From the NCBI GenBank assembly GCA_019828565.1, contig JAHDYR010000014.1, positions 186,001 to 250,000 on the forward strand: DNA of 64,000 bases, read 5' to 3'. The translations under genes and the position numbers were made by a program. The first letter of the stretch is position 1. The number at the start of each line of letters is the position of its first letter. Shown here one piece after another: positions 11,901-23,400 of this stretch. A model generated the notes under the pieces. The model had not been told where the DNA came from. It ran no database searches and saw only the letters and a program-made list of their open reading frames with translations. Source of the DNA: Carpediemonas membranifera BICM. Taxonomy: Eukaryota > Protista > Fornicata.

Positions 11901-13896
11901 CACGACGGTCCTGCTCTGACATGTGGGCGTTGACGGTGTTGGCGACATCTGACATAATCTTAAGGGCATCCTCGAGATTCTGCATGTCTGGATGATCAGA
12001 TTCGGTGGATTTGATGAGCTCCGCCAGCTGCATCTTGTATCTAGGGACGCGTTGCACTGGCATGATCAGATATGACAATAAATCCAAGTGAGTCGGGTTC
12101 GAGTCATGAGACCTCACCCACTCCAAGAAGGAAGCCAGGGCGCTCTTGGTGTTGGGTGCCTGGAGCTTCTTCTGGGCAGCGTCGTAGTTGGAGCTATAGT
12201 GCTTATACATGTTGATGTAGGGCCCGATGAGAACGAATATGTCGCCGACAAGCGTCTTCTCCGGGTCAAAGCTGGCCAGCCTCTCCTCCAGTCTATTGAG
12301 GAGGTCGATGTTAGCAGGAATGAACTGACTCAGATTAGCGAAGATGGTAGCCGGGTTGGCGAGGGTCTTGGGCCAATCCTCGGCCGTTGACCGTCGAATA
12401 AACTCTGGGATTACTGCGGTACGGAGGAAGTTCATGGCTGTTACATATGTCCGCTCAGTGTCACGTAACTCATGTACCACCCGACTCCGGTGTGCGAGTC
12501 TCTTCTCCCGCTTCCGGTCAGTCACAGCAGTCTTGATGAGCTCCACAACCTCCACGGGATACTCTGATGCCGTCAGATCAATCAGAGACGGGTCTGCACC
12601 TGCCCGTAGCAGCTGGGGGATGGCGTTGATGCACTCGTCGCAGGCTACGTGCAGAATAGTGTGACCGTCTTTGTTCTTGTCCGTAAGGATGGTGGGGCTG
12701 GTGGTGTCGAACCCGCGGGCATGGATGAGGCCGTTGAACGCTGGGTAATCAAGCACACGGGCCAGCTGCCGGGCACGGCGTAGCAGGGCGTGGGAGGGTG
12801 TGTCAGCACGCGGGAGCCGGTCCAGTGCTAGTTTGAAGTCGGCGCCGGCGTCCAGCAGCGTCTTGGTAGCGTCCACGTTCCCTGATTGAACGGCGTCAGC
12901 GAGGGGTGGCAGGCGGCCCTGATCGACACTGTTGGGGTCACATCCGGCGACCAGGAGCGGGGTGAGCATCTCAGGAGCGTGAGCGGCGGCGATATGAAGG
13001 ACTGTACGGCCTCTGACGTCGGTATCGGTGAGAACATCAATACTCAGGGGATCAATGCCGACGTCGGTGAGGAGGGCAGCGAGGTCGGGCTTGATGGCGA
13101 CGTGGACGAGCCACGAGACGTCCCACACACGGCCAGTAGGGCCCATGAGAAGGGTCTTATCCGCCGCAGTGCCGAGGACGCTTCTCAGTTCGCAGGAACA
13201 GATGCCGCCCCACCGGTCTGTGGTCGTGTTGAACGAAGCGACCCTGCTGCCCGCTAGCACAGTGAGGCCGGTCTTGGTTTGTACCACCTGCGCGCCCTCG
13301 GTCTCGATGGGGCAGTCGGGAAGGACGTCGAAGCGGCCGAGGTGGATGCGGCGCAGCTGGCGGCGGTAGAGCAGGTAGCGGCCGACGCCAGTGTGGGCCT
13401 CCGCCTCGAAGAAGGAGCGGTGCGTCTCCCAGCAGTCCTCCGCGACGTTGTACACGTGCAGCGCGTCTGATACGTCGGGGCCCGACCCGCCGTGGACGTA
13501 GACGAAGCCGTCGGCCGCAGTCATCGCGAAGCCCCGCAGCTTGCCGGTGGGCATGTCGGCGAGTGCTTTCCACTGGCGGGTACGGAAGCTGAAGCTGTGG
13601 AAGCGGCGAGACTGCTGGTCTAGGGCGAAAAGTTCGCCGCTGGTGAGATCCCCGAGAATAGTGGCGCGGTAGATGAAGTCTAGCGGGCATCTATGGAGGA
13701 TGTACTTGAAGGTGCTAATGGGGCTCCCGATCTCGAGGAAATGGAGGCTTGAACACTGCGCATACACGCGTACGGCACCATCCAACGCAACAGAGACATT
13801 CGGGTCCACAAAGGCGGTCACAATGGGGTTATCGGGTATGCAGTCACCAATGATGCTGCTGAGCTCCAGTTCCATTGTATCTGGTGGCTGGTTCAT
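8965..13896 (-). CDS. Multidomain RhoGEF: kelch-like, ankyrin, DH-PH, kelch-like, ankyrin
   Basis: DH domain (RSRVVHELRDTERTYV...YKHYSSNY...LLSYLIMPVQRVPRYKMQLAELIKST...HPD), then PH. Many ankyrin repeats (GRTVLHIAA, GWTAMHYA, GFTPLFLAC) and two kelch segments (VYVHGG...VYNVAEDCW). Start taken at MNQPP (13896); the ATG at 13938 is an alternative. Confidence 0.9.
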   Translation of the reverse strand: MNQPPDTMELELSSIIGDCIPDNPIVTAFVDPNVSVALDGAVRVYAQCSSLHFLEIGSPISTFKYILHRCPLDFIYRATILGDLTSGELFALDQQSRRFHSFSFRTRQWKALADMPTGKLRGFAMTAADGFVYVHGGSGPDVSDALHVYNVAEDCWETHRSFFEAEAHTGVGRYLLYRRQLRRIHLGRFDVLPDCPIETEGAQVVQTKTGLTVLAGSRVASFNTTTDRWGGICSCELRSVLGTAADKTLLMGPTGRVWDVSWLVHVAIKPDLAALLTDVGIDPLSIDVLTDTDVRGRTVLHIAAAHAPEMLTPLLVAGCDPNSVDQGRLPPLADAVQSGNVDATKTLLDAGADFKLALDRLPRADTPSHALLRRARQLARVLDYPAFNGLIHARGFDTTSPTILTDKNKDGHTILHVACDECINAIPQLLRAGADPSLIDLTASEYPVEVVELIKTAVTDRKREKRLAHRSRVVHELRDTERTYVTAMNFLRTAVIPEFIRRSTAEDWPKTLANPATIFANLSQFIPANIDLLNRLEERLASFDPEKTLVGDIFVLIGPYINMYKHYSSNYDAAQKKLQAPNTKSALASFLEWVRSHDSNPTHLDLLSYLIMPVQRVPRYKMQLAELIKSTESDHPDMQNLEDALKIMSDVANTVNAHMSEQDRRVAVQGIRTAISNWNEIGGDVSGYDRQLFKRGQLSRLAHRAGTWKGREFVLLSDVFMYLSRGRLSVDKGCIPLCAAFVSAGEDNIFVVRAPGRVFELRAATAAERDSWVTAISQRIDEITALKPGLRQLRAELEDMARDARETTLLACNPLSPDWGQILRDIRDDIWRQMALDAFKTFQTNIPDQAISISRFAEDSTFRIGSMVVSVTATSLSLLDCDPEVPARYEFRLEAESEFPLLAVARACCFKDRVYALNDDCAMFYAFDLTKRVWLKLADMPTGKLRGFAMTAADGFVYVHGGSGPDVSDALHVYNVAEDCWETHRSFFEAEAHTGVGRYLLYRRQLRRIHLGRFDVLPDCPIETEGAQVVQTKTGLTVLAGSRVASFNASLRKWTDIAPCDPDAVLAVKDGVAVTVTPPATYRAVQWRPLEPTESAPPTPHVVLDSPVDLMFVIDKGFDLEARDEHQETALVTAVKQGKPYPVKLLLEAGADLSNTREVVKNPEIAMLLDEAHALRSIRRDEAFVALLQANGIDPGSPDLAESSAVDGWTAMHYAVWRPSVIPLLLRIGMNVNAADRHGLSPLAVAVTIRKVDAVNALIENGANPNLVPEETLEGRIEAALMVRQAQSVWAIRHGPEFAPFRVILRDAGFDTTDQALIVTQNDNGDSVLHIACVQYPDAIQTLIDAGALDVENINEQKTPLELAVEYDHWYGVLGLLMAGATPLNARNPTPKGHRSGELLRQVRRYAEAARRLHSTRPDVKELKAMCFDNDETALRLKQTQALWYCRRDAEFTALCHFNKLKPRSPSFMSDLDAHGRAPIHLAAQHLPAMVPVLLMAGAELDARDGNGFTPLFLACRYHPSLVSVLAAMGADVNAVTAKGVSLLHFAVRIQPKLIRTLVSAGADLERESDLTRMTALEIAARFQPKAVPTLLDLGADPRTVTNRALGETDPKASLLIERAKEDRESSGVGGVVRSLVKRGLRR
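10754..11088. repeat. 335-nt exact intragenic repeat encoding a kelch-like module, copy A
   Basis: Identical by eye to 13229-13563 (LADMPTGKLRGFAMTAADG...LAGSRVASFN). The offset of 2475 nt is in frame. Confidence 0.92.
13229..13563. repeat. 335-nt exact intragenic repeat encoding a kelch-like module, copy B
   Basis: Identical to 10754-11088. Confidence 0.92.
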
Positions 13897-14461
13897 GCTC
13901 GATCGTTTGTTGCACAGTCGGCGCGGTCGCCGAGTCATCCGCTCAAACTTCACCCAGCGACTGGCACAACCCAGCCGGATCGGGCTACATATGATCGATT
14001 TGGCGGTCACCGCTTTGCAATTTCTTCAGATCGAAAATTTCGCGATGATATGGAACAGCGGTAGACCCATTTCGGCAGAATGCTTTGATGGACTGTAAAT
14101 TACGTGTCATAATCTACACCGTATGGGGAGAGTCGGGCTTTGGATGGGCACTAGACTCATTTGCAAGCATGTTAGTGCTTGCTTTCACTACAGCCAGATA
14201 CATTATCCGTTGGTAGTGCTGTTGTTGTTCATACACGTGGGTGGGGTACTGGCACAATTTTCGTCCACGGTATTATCCTGCCAAATCGGGCCACCACAAA
14301 TTCTTGTCAGGAATTTTTGTGAGCCAAATGAAGTTAAGACCAGAGAGAATGGGTGCAGTAGACAGCCTCGCAGTACCCAGTGGCCTCCAGAAATTTCATT
14401 GTAGAGTTTTGTCCATTTTTGTCGGGTTAAGGTTTCTCTCTCTCAAGGACAGAACGAAAGC

Positions 14462-14767
14462 ATGGCGACTCCCCGTCTCTTTGTTAAGGGCACCGTTCTC
14501 GGTTACAAGCGTACCCGTACCATCCAGCGTCCTTCCTCTACTCTTCTTCAGCTCGAGGGCGTTAACGTGAAGGAGGATACCGGTTTCTACCTTGGCAAGC
14601 GCGTCTGCTACGTCTACAAGGTTGGCCGCGAGTCCCGTTGCATCTGGGGCCGTATCACCCGTGCCCACGGCAACAGCGGTGTTGTCCGTGCCCGTTTCCA
14701 GCACAACCTTCCCCCCCAGTCTTTCGGCGCCACTGTTCGCGTCCACCTCTTCCCTTCCTCCATCTAA
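14462..14767 (+). CDS. RPL35A: 60S ribosomal protein L35a (eL33)
   Basis: RLFVKGTVLGYKR...LLQLEGV...FYLGKRVCYVYK...IWGRITRAHGNSGVVRARF...NLPP...GATVRV. Confidence 0.97.
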   Translation: MATPRLFVKGTVLGYKRTRTIQRPSSTLLQLEGVNVKEDTGFYLGKRVCYVYKVGRESRCIWGRITRAHGNSGVVRARFQHNLPPQSFGATVRVHLFPSSI

Positions 14768-15015
14768 GGGATGACCAGTAAACGCGAATACTATAGAAAG
14801 AGCGGCAGTGAGGCCTCAGTGAGAGGTGGTTTTATAACATGAGTGGGATCTTGTTCTTCTTCCGTTAGTTGGGCGTGGTCATGGTGTGAACGAGCCTGCC
14901 ATACAGCGCCATAAGCTATCCACCACGCTCATGTCGGCTGTGGTCTGGCACCTGGCTCGGAGGGGTAAGGTGCCAGGCAGTTGCCTTAGCAGCAAGTCAC
15001 TGAAGTGAGATCACG

Positions 15016-15484
15016 ATGGAGAACAAGGTGGCCATCGGCTGCGATCACGGCGGCATTGAACTGAAACTTGAGCTAATTGAGCACCTGAAGTCTCTTGGAA
15101 AGACACCCATCGACGTTGGCTGCCACAAGGAGGATGGCTCCGTCGATTACCCTGACTACGCCCGGGCAATCTGCAAGGAAGTGACCGCTGGCAACTGCAG
15201 TATGTATCAACAACACCTGATCTTATGTAGAATGCGGCATCGCCGTCTGTGGCAGTGGCATCGGCATCTCAATTGCTGCCAACAAGGTCTCTGGCATCCG
15301 CTGCGCCCTTCTCCACGACCACTATGGCGCACACATGTGCCGCCAGCACAACAACGCCAACGTCATGGCCCTAGGTGGGCGTGTAACTGGTGTTGAGGTT
15401 GCCAAGGAGATTGTTACTACGTTCCTTCAGACTGAGTTCGAAGGCGGGAGGCACCAGAGGAGAGTGGACAAGATTGAGCAGTAA
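15016..15484 (+). CDS. rpiB: Ribose-5-phosphate isomerase B; one intron at 15200-15230
   Basis: AIGCDHGG and VDYPDYA. Removing the 31-nt GTATGT...TAG intron continues the frame with GIAVCGSGIGISIAANKVSGIRCA...RQHNNANVMALGGRV...FEGGRHQRRVDKI. Confidence 0.93.
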
Positions 15485-15539
15485 AGCTGGTACTCCGTTT
15501 ATGTCCTACAACTATAGATAATCACGTCAGATCTCGCCT

Positions 15540-15953
15540 TCACTTGACAGCGAGGGCCGTCTTCGAGACAGATTGAGTGAACAGCTCGCTCCGAATGGGC
15601 TGCTGGAGAGACTGGAACGGATTCTTCAGAACTATGTCTGCTAGGAGCTCGTATATTGCAGAGAGGAACTTTGTGAGAGCGTCGGCTGAGCTCCTGTCTG
15701 CAATCACGAAGAGCTTCAGGCCAGTAGGAGTTCCCCGACATTCTAGAACGCATTCACCGAAGTATACCTTCTCAATACCAGACTTAGATCCGTCAATGGC
15801 ACGTCCCATTGTGTGGAAGCCATGGAATACAGATGCTAGGAGAATTTGATCATTTGCGCTGATCTTGCTGGCTTCTGGCGATCTCTCTTGAAACACTTGG
15901 TTATAGATCAAGTTTCCCGATTGACTAAGAATGAATAGGCTGTGGATAACCAT
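15540..15953 (-). CDS. TRAPPC4: TRAPP complex sybindin-family subunit (Trs23/TRAPPC4-like)
   Basis: IHSLFILSQSGNLIY, ANDQILLASVFHG, SGIE, TPTGLKLF, IYELLADIVLKNPF...QPIRSELF. Confidence 0.85.
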   Translation of the reverse strand: MVIHSLFILSQSGNLIYNQVFQERSPEASKISANDQILLASVFHGFHTMGRAIDGSKSGIEKVYFGECVLECRGTPTGLKLFVIADRSSADALTKFLSAIYELLADIVLKNPFQSLQQPIRSELFTQSVSKTALAVK

Positions 15954-16099
15954 ATAGGTGGTATTGGTGCATAAAATGCGATATCTTCAGAGCCTGCACA
16001 ACGAATGGCCAACCTGGTAGGAGGTCAACCATTCTCTTCAAACTGTGTAGGGTGACTTGTCTCGCTCATTTTTCTGCAGTATCACAATCAGGCACCACC

Positions 16100-17026
16100 A
16101 TGAACGGTGATAAGACTGCCAAGGAGAGGCAGGTTCGGTATGTTATAGTATACCTACAATAATGACACAGAAAGCGCGAGAAGCAGTTCGGCCTGACAGA
16201 AGGAGTGAAACAGTCTCTCGGATCCACATACCAGTCAGTGGAGCACGCACTGGCGAAATCAAAGGCACCACAGTGGATTCAGATCATGTCTATCGCTGCT
16301 GCCATGCTTTTGAAGACAAAAGACCGGATCCAGCTTCTAGTATTTGCATCCTACCTGAAAGCTATCCGGTCACACACTCAGGCGGGCGAGGGCGACCGGA
16401 TGACGAAGGAAGCACTGCACATCCTGGTCATGTACATAGAGGAGTGCCCGCTTAGTGGAGATACCTTCACAATCCTCGATTACCTCGGCGACGTTATTGA
16501 GCAGGAGCTCAGCACCACACAGGACGATGGTGCAGCGGACATCGACGGTCATAGGAGTGAGGCCGACGCCCCGCCACGTCGTTCCAAGACAGACCATGGC
16601 GTTACCAGATTTGACGAGACCGTGCTGTCATTTCGGACAGCAAAGCTCGTCCAAGAGGTCCAGGACGCGTGGAGTCAGAGCGGTCTGGCGATATCAGACG
16701 GCAGACGGGCGGCGGACATCATTGGCCGGGCCCGGCTGTGGATCGCCAACAGAATATTGATGGAGGCCCTGCTTCTCACATACAACTGCGCGGAGGCGAG
16801 CTTCTATGAGCAACGGAACGATAAGAAGTTCCTATCGCCCAGGAAGATCATGAAGACTGTCCATCGAGTCATCAGCAACCGCAGTGATGCGAGCAAAGCC
16901 CGCGGGGGTGGCACTATCGGGGCGGCTCAGCCTGGGGCGAGGGATGCCATGTGTGCGGTGGCGGACGAGGCACTTCTCGAGCTCGGCCAGACGATTGGTT
17001 GTGGCGCTGATAGGTTCATTCCGTGA
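16100..17026 (+). CDS. Hypothetical protein; one intron at 16138-16170
   Basis: The exon starting at ATG 16100 (MNGDKTAKERQVR) joins in frame to the 16205 ORF after removal of a 33-nt GTATGT...ACAG intron that contains an in-frame TAA. Confidence 0.7.
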
Positions 17027-17458
17027 GTTGTAGATTAATATAGATTTCTAGACGACGATAAATGCCAGTCGGGTGCCTCCTAAGCTGGTGTGTGTCAAAC
17101 GACATATGAAGATGCATGCATGGTATCGATGAAGTCTGACCACAGACGTCGCCAAAACAGATTCAATCATTTCAATCTTTGCGCAAATCGACTTTACGAA
17201 ACAAAATATATATGAGCTTAAGATAGGATATCACTGGAGGCTGGCGACGGCTCTCTCCCAGAACTCCATTTACGTATTTAATCTGAGTTTGTAGTGGTGA
17301 ACAGTACGACCAACCGTCTTCAACCCACGCCAGAGGCGCGGAATAGAGAGATTACATGAATACATACCTCTTAATGTACCGGTCCACACCGTTCCAAGTC
17401 TGTCCAACGCCGGCCAGCCTAACTAAAGATTTGCGCAAATCTGACAGCACTGTGTTGG

Positions 17459-20400
17459 ATGGACGATCGCTTAATGAACTCAGACGATACTTTCAAGGAA
17501 ACAGCGACCAAAATCTTTGCATCCCACGCTTTGCGACCAACAGAACTTGCCGAAGAATTGCCTCAGTTGAGGCGTTTTCTCGAGTTTCAGGCGGAAAAGG
17601 CAGAGAGAAGCAATACTCCTGCCAATAGAATCCAGTCTCTCTTTGATCCGGCTCTTCTAGAGACCCTCACGGCTCTTTTTTCCCAACACACGTTCATCTC
17701 CGCGACAATCAGAGACAAGCACGGCCATCAGGTCACATCCCCGCTGCAGAGGCCCGCCATATGCGAGAGTCTTGCCGCTACCAGCCATTGTGTGGGTCAC
17801 GCTGAAGCAATGTCCTGCATGGCGCCCAATAGATGCTTCATCGGCCGATGCTCCTGTGGCTTCCTGGTTGAGGCCTCGGCCGTCGTCCAGCTTGACGGTG
17901 ACCTCATAGCTACGATGGCACTGGGTGGGGTGACTTCCATGGACCTCGACTCAGCCTCCTCGCTGATCGAGTCGACAGCATTGGACAGCGGTATCGACAT
18001 TGAGGATGCTCACAGAATGTTCGAGAAAGTAGTAAGACTGTCACCTGCGAAGGTCCAGGCTGCGGCAGAGAGCTGCCTTGTCATCTGCCAGTTCCTCTCG
18101 GAACTTGCTAGTGTCAACTACGCCAAGCTCCAGACTGCTAGGGCCCATGCTGTCGATGAAAGGACGCGTCAGTTGTTACACATGCGTGGGGCGCCACAGG
18201 GCTGGGTTGAGCGGCTCCACACGGCCCTCTTTGCCCCGTACCGCACCGCACGCCCCCGTCACCACACTGTGGCGATATTCCTCATGATCCTGACCTGTGT
18301 TGCCCCGTTCGTTGCTGGTCTGGCCGCTGCATCCACCAAGAACGCCCTCTGCCTCGCTGTGCTCGACTGGGTTGCCCTCTTGACTGTCCCGGTCGCCTCA
18401 TCGCTCCTCTCGCCCCTGGTTGTCCCCCTGTTGTCATGGGGTTTCCTCGGACTGGGGATCTTATTGCCACTAATCGTGACATTGACATCCATCAAGAACG
18501 GTTGCGATAGGATCACCTCGATCTCTAGATATATTTTGAGGCTCGCATCTCGTCTCCACGTCTACGCCTTATTAGTACCACTATATTCGACCGCCGGCTA
18601 CTATCTGATCCTCCTACCCATATATTCAGTTGTATCCGTGTCAGATTTCCCTCCGACCACCCTTATATTCCACTGTATCTCGTGTGCTGCCTTTGTCGCG
18701 ATCGGGACCATCTACAACATGATACACTCGACCGCAGTGACTGCACCACCGGTCTGGTTCACGCTGTACCCGACCCATTGGGTCAGAGTGGCATTGTCAA
18801 CCATGCTGACCCAGCTCATCCTGGGGGCTGCCATACGTCTGGCATCACTTGACTTGAATGGAGTTGAGTCTGAAGATAGACTTACATGTCTCATGTATAA
18901 TGCGGTGATATGTGTCATTGGAATGGCGATCAGTCTCTTTCTCGCTGTCAACGCGTTCATCTCGCTTCCGGTCGACGCCATCGGCTCTGTTGTTGCCGTT
19001 GGTGCCATGGCTTCAGCAGCGGTCACGGCTGGTCTCGCCGCTGTCCTCAATATTGCGAGGATGCCGTTTACCTCGGACTCTGTTGTTTTTGCCGTCATTA
19101 GTCTCGTCGCAGGCCTTATTTCTTCATTTATCGTAGTTCTTTCCATTTATGTTTCCTTCCTTCGCCTTGCATACTGCGAGCGTCTCGTCTTCTCAGTCAT
19201 TCTCGGCGAGGACGTCATCTGCTCTAGACCTCTCTCCATTCTCAAAACCATCATTCTCCATCCTTTTGAAAGAAGAGCTGTGCTCCGTGGCCTTGCTCAA
19301 GCACCCCCACCGACGCTCGCTCAGCCTGACCTCATGGGATTGTCGGCCCTCACCATCGAGCTCGGAACTCGATCTTTGTGGTCGTATCAGCGTCAGTTGG
19401 CCCTGAAACACCTTACATCTCGGTCACGAACCGTCCCTCATGACAACACGACTGGGATAGCGATGGCAATCTTCAAACGGACATGTGACATCTACGATGT
19501 TCGGTCGACCCTCGCACTGCGCATGGCGATGCTGAAGATCGGGCTCGACTCACCAGCGACTGCGACCGCTGTGACAACTAGATGGCGCGAGATGCGCATT
19601 GACCACTTCAATGAGATGACACCGACAAATCGGATGCTGGTGGTCGGCATCGAGCGCCACATCGAACATATGCAGTTCGTCCACGCTTTTGACGGCGAAG
19701 ATAAGGCTGCAACCTACCTCAACACGCAGATAATGCTCGCTCAAGCCAGGGAGCAGCATCTCAGGACGCTAGTGAGGATGGGCAAGCTGTGGCCCGCCCT
19801 CTCTGGCCCCGTCAACGTCAGCATCGTCACCGCCCTGGTCCAGCAGGTCGGCATCAGTGCCCGACGAGCCAACCGACTGTACACCAGACTGCTCCACCGC
19901 TACCCCAGCGAGCTGGCAAGAACATGGTACAGCCTCTTCCTCGACTCCGTCATGCAGGATCATGGGGCCGCACAGAAGCTCAGAGAGGAGAGCGTCGGGT
20001 CGGATGCCTCGCCGTCGATCGCAGCGTCGTCAGTCACGTCTGTCTCATCTATTGGTCTGGCCGGCCATGCCGACAGCGATGTGAGTGTCTCTCTCAACAT
20101 CCCACGCATTTCCATCGTCACCACGACCATTGTCATCGTACTCCAGTTGTTGATTGGTTCAATTCTATTTGGCCTTACCTTTCTCCAACAGCTCAGCACC
20201 AGTAACATTGAGACTCTACATGACGCCTCTCACGCGATACACCATGGTACACTGGCAGCCCTTTCTGTGAGGATGGTCGATCCTACTCCATACTTCCCTG
20301 ACGGCTGGGGTGATATGGCTCTGGCCATTGACCGCGCTGTAGACACCCTGTCAGCGTCCAGCAGTGGGCTCCAGTCGCTCATGTCATCATTTGATGTGCC

Positions 20401-23400
20401 GACTCTTGTTGTCAACGGTCATGACTCCTCGCCGGTCTCACTTACAGTGCAGTCGTCCTCGTTGGGCACGCTAGCCAGCACAATTCAGAGTGACTTCAAG
20501 ATAGTTAGTAGAAACGGCGACGATGCAGCGGGCAGTGCGCCCTCTCTCAGCTCCCTGGCGTACAACGGGGCGAGGCTGGCCCTTCCCGCGATGAATGCTG
20601 CTTTCAGTTGCATATCCAGTCTCCTCCGTCTTTTCCAGGCCTTCTCTGTGCTTCTCTTCCTCGTACTCCTCCTGGCAGAGCTGGCATTGCTCACTTCCAT
20701 CGGTGTTTGGCTGTCAACACGCGTGATACCCCAAGTCATGTTCAACTGCGACAAAGCCATCGATGGATTTCAGAGAGCGACCGAACAACAGGTCCGACGC
20801 AAGGCCAGGCTGACAATGATAGCATGCGAGCAGTTCAAAGACATCACACTAACAGATGCCACGCCCTACACAGCCTACGAGGAGATGGCTGATATTGCCG
20901 ACTCAGCGCCCCTTGACATCGACTCCGACCATGAGTATGGCCCGGTCGGCGGTCCAGGGTCAGACTCTGGGGATGAAGAAGGGGCGATGCCCCCTGTCGG
21001 CGGAGGCAGGCGGGTGGCATTCGCAGCAGTGGATGATGAGATCTTTGTTGCCGGCCCCGCCACGGACACTGATGCCTCTGATGGCAGCGACTATGGCCAT
21101 GTGGATCTTTATGAGGCTGGTTCCGAGTCACCCGGCACCGATCCAACAGACTTGGACCTCATCATCCAGGCCCTGCCCGACCCAGATCAGGAGAGTAGCG
21201 TCGTCGAGAGCAGTGGGACTGACACACACACTTGGTCGGTTCAGCTGCTGCCTGTGAGACCGAGGGCACGGAGAGGAAAGGTGCAGGGTGGATTGAGGCT
21301 CGGGATCAATAGGCTCTCCTCCACTAAGGCCAGGATCGCCCACACATGGATAGCAATCACACTTGTCCTGCTCGTTGCTGCTGTTTCCAGCGGAATCCTC
21401 GTCTTCGCTATGTTGCGGCACTGTGGGTCGTATAACGAATGGTCTCGACGGGCAGATCTCGTATCTACAGATCTTGTTGCCCCACTGATCATCGGCCAAG
21501 TTGAACTCGACTTCTACGCAGCAAGGTTTGTCTCGGGGTCGTATGATTCATTCAAAATGATCAAACCAGCACTTACAGAGATCGCTATCGACCGTTCCCT
21601 CGTTGTCGCAGATACCCTCCCAACTGTCGGCGCCGGCGACGGTATTGCTGAGTACATCGAGCTGATGTTGGCCCGACACCATCCCATGGCGGTCGCTGTC
21701 ATCATGGCCGGCCACGGGCTCGGGCTCAGTGCAGTAGACGTGCCAGAGTTCACTTGGGACTACAGTGCGGAGACCAACAGTGCCAGCGACACGGAGACGT
21801 ACGGCAGGACCCTCTGGTACAGCGACAAGGCCTCGGACCTCGCCCTCAACCGCACCCAGCAGCTGGCGATCGCCCAAGCAATCATGTACGACGGGAAGCT
21901 AGCAGGCTATGTGACGGAAGCGCTAGAAAAGCTGTCAGAGCTGTCCAACGCTGCCGTCCATGCAGCGAAGGCCATCATTGGCGACTCACTCATCTTCGAC
22001 CTCATTGTGTTCACATCCTACCAGGCTGTACAGATGGTCATTCTTATCGCAGCTATCGTCTTCTACAACAGGGCGGCCACCCCAGGCCCTCTCCGTACCT
22101 CTGTGAACGTCTGCCTCGCCCTGACCCTGGGGATCGTCGCCACCCACTTCTTGTTCGAGTTGTCATACGTTCTTATTATTGATGTCGGTCTCGATGTCAC
22201 ATTCAAGCTTGATTCCATCATTAACAGATGGCGAACAGTCTCCAGACTACTCGCAGCTGTCGGTGTCATGCTTTATAACACACAGTGTCTCATTTCTACT
22301 CAATCACCCGACTTGGCACAGGATATCAGCTCATCATTTGATTCATTTGACGGCATCATGGCCAGCATGGCAACCTTGGACATGACTTCACCCTCCTTGG
22401 CGTCATTCGCCAGCGGAATTAGGCACTCTGCTGGGGTTGCTGCCCGGCTAGCGCTGTCTGTTGCCGACGCAGCCGGTATGACCTTTGATGGTGTCATTTG
22501 GGACATATCTACAGGTCGATCTCGAGATTTTGGAAGATACAGCAATAACACATTCGATCTGAGTCTTCCCGACGCCGACAAGCTCGATATGGCGTGGAAT
22601 CTGGTGCTATCTGACCCAGTGGCCGCCTCCGACTTCAGCCAACTCGTAACAGCCGCGGAAGCCGAGCTAGCATCCTGCCAGGACGACGCGGCCGCCATCC
22701 TTCGCCTCGGATCAGCTGCGGTCACGGTCAACCGCATCGCCGTGATCTTCGCCTTCACGATGCCCGTTGTGTTTCTTTCCTTCGCCGTGACCGTGCCCGC
22801 CATGGTCTTCGGGTCTGCCCCCCATCACCGACGCCATGACCCTGAGATGAACGTGTCCATTGGCCCATTCGTTCGTATCACCAGGAATGCTCTCGCCTTG
22901 TTCTTTGTAACGTTACTGCCGATCTTCGCCCTCCTCCTGACGGGCAACATCACCATCATGAGGGTCAACCGCGACTTGCTCGGCATGGCCCTCCTCGACT
23001 CCACAGCCTTGGCTGCGTCATCACAAGCTGTGGTTTGCCAAACGGGCCCCGCACTCTCGTGGCACACTGCTTCCATCACCGCATCGCTCGCCACCCTCGG
23101 CCATGCTGTCCCCACTGTTGTCCCGAGCCCTTGGACAGATCCCCTGGGGTGGGTTGGTACGATCGGGGTCGACTTTAGCAATGGCCCAGCGCTCTTCATG
23201 GAGTACTCCACGCACACTGAGATGTTCACTGCGGTCGACTCGAGGCATGTTAATGCGTCCACGCTGACTTCAATAGCACATAGTAGGGCTGCTGGCCAAG
23301 CCATGCTGCTTGTCGAGAAGCTCGAGGACAGCTTCACTGCAAAGGTATCCGTTGCCAAATACTGTGTGATGGCAATCCGATATGCTACGGTGGTTCTGGT

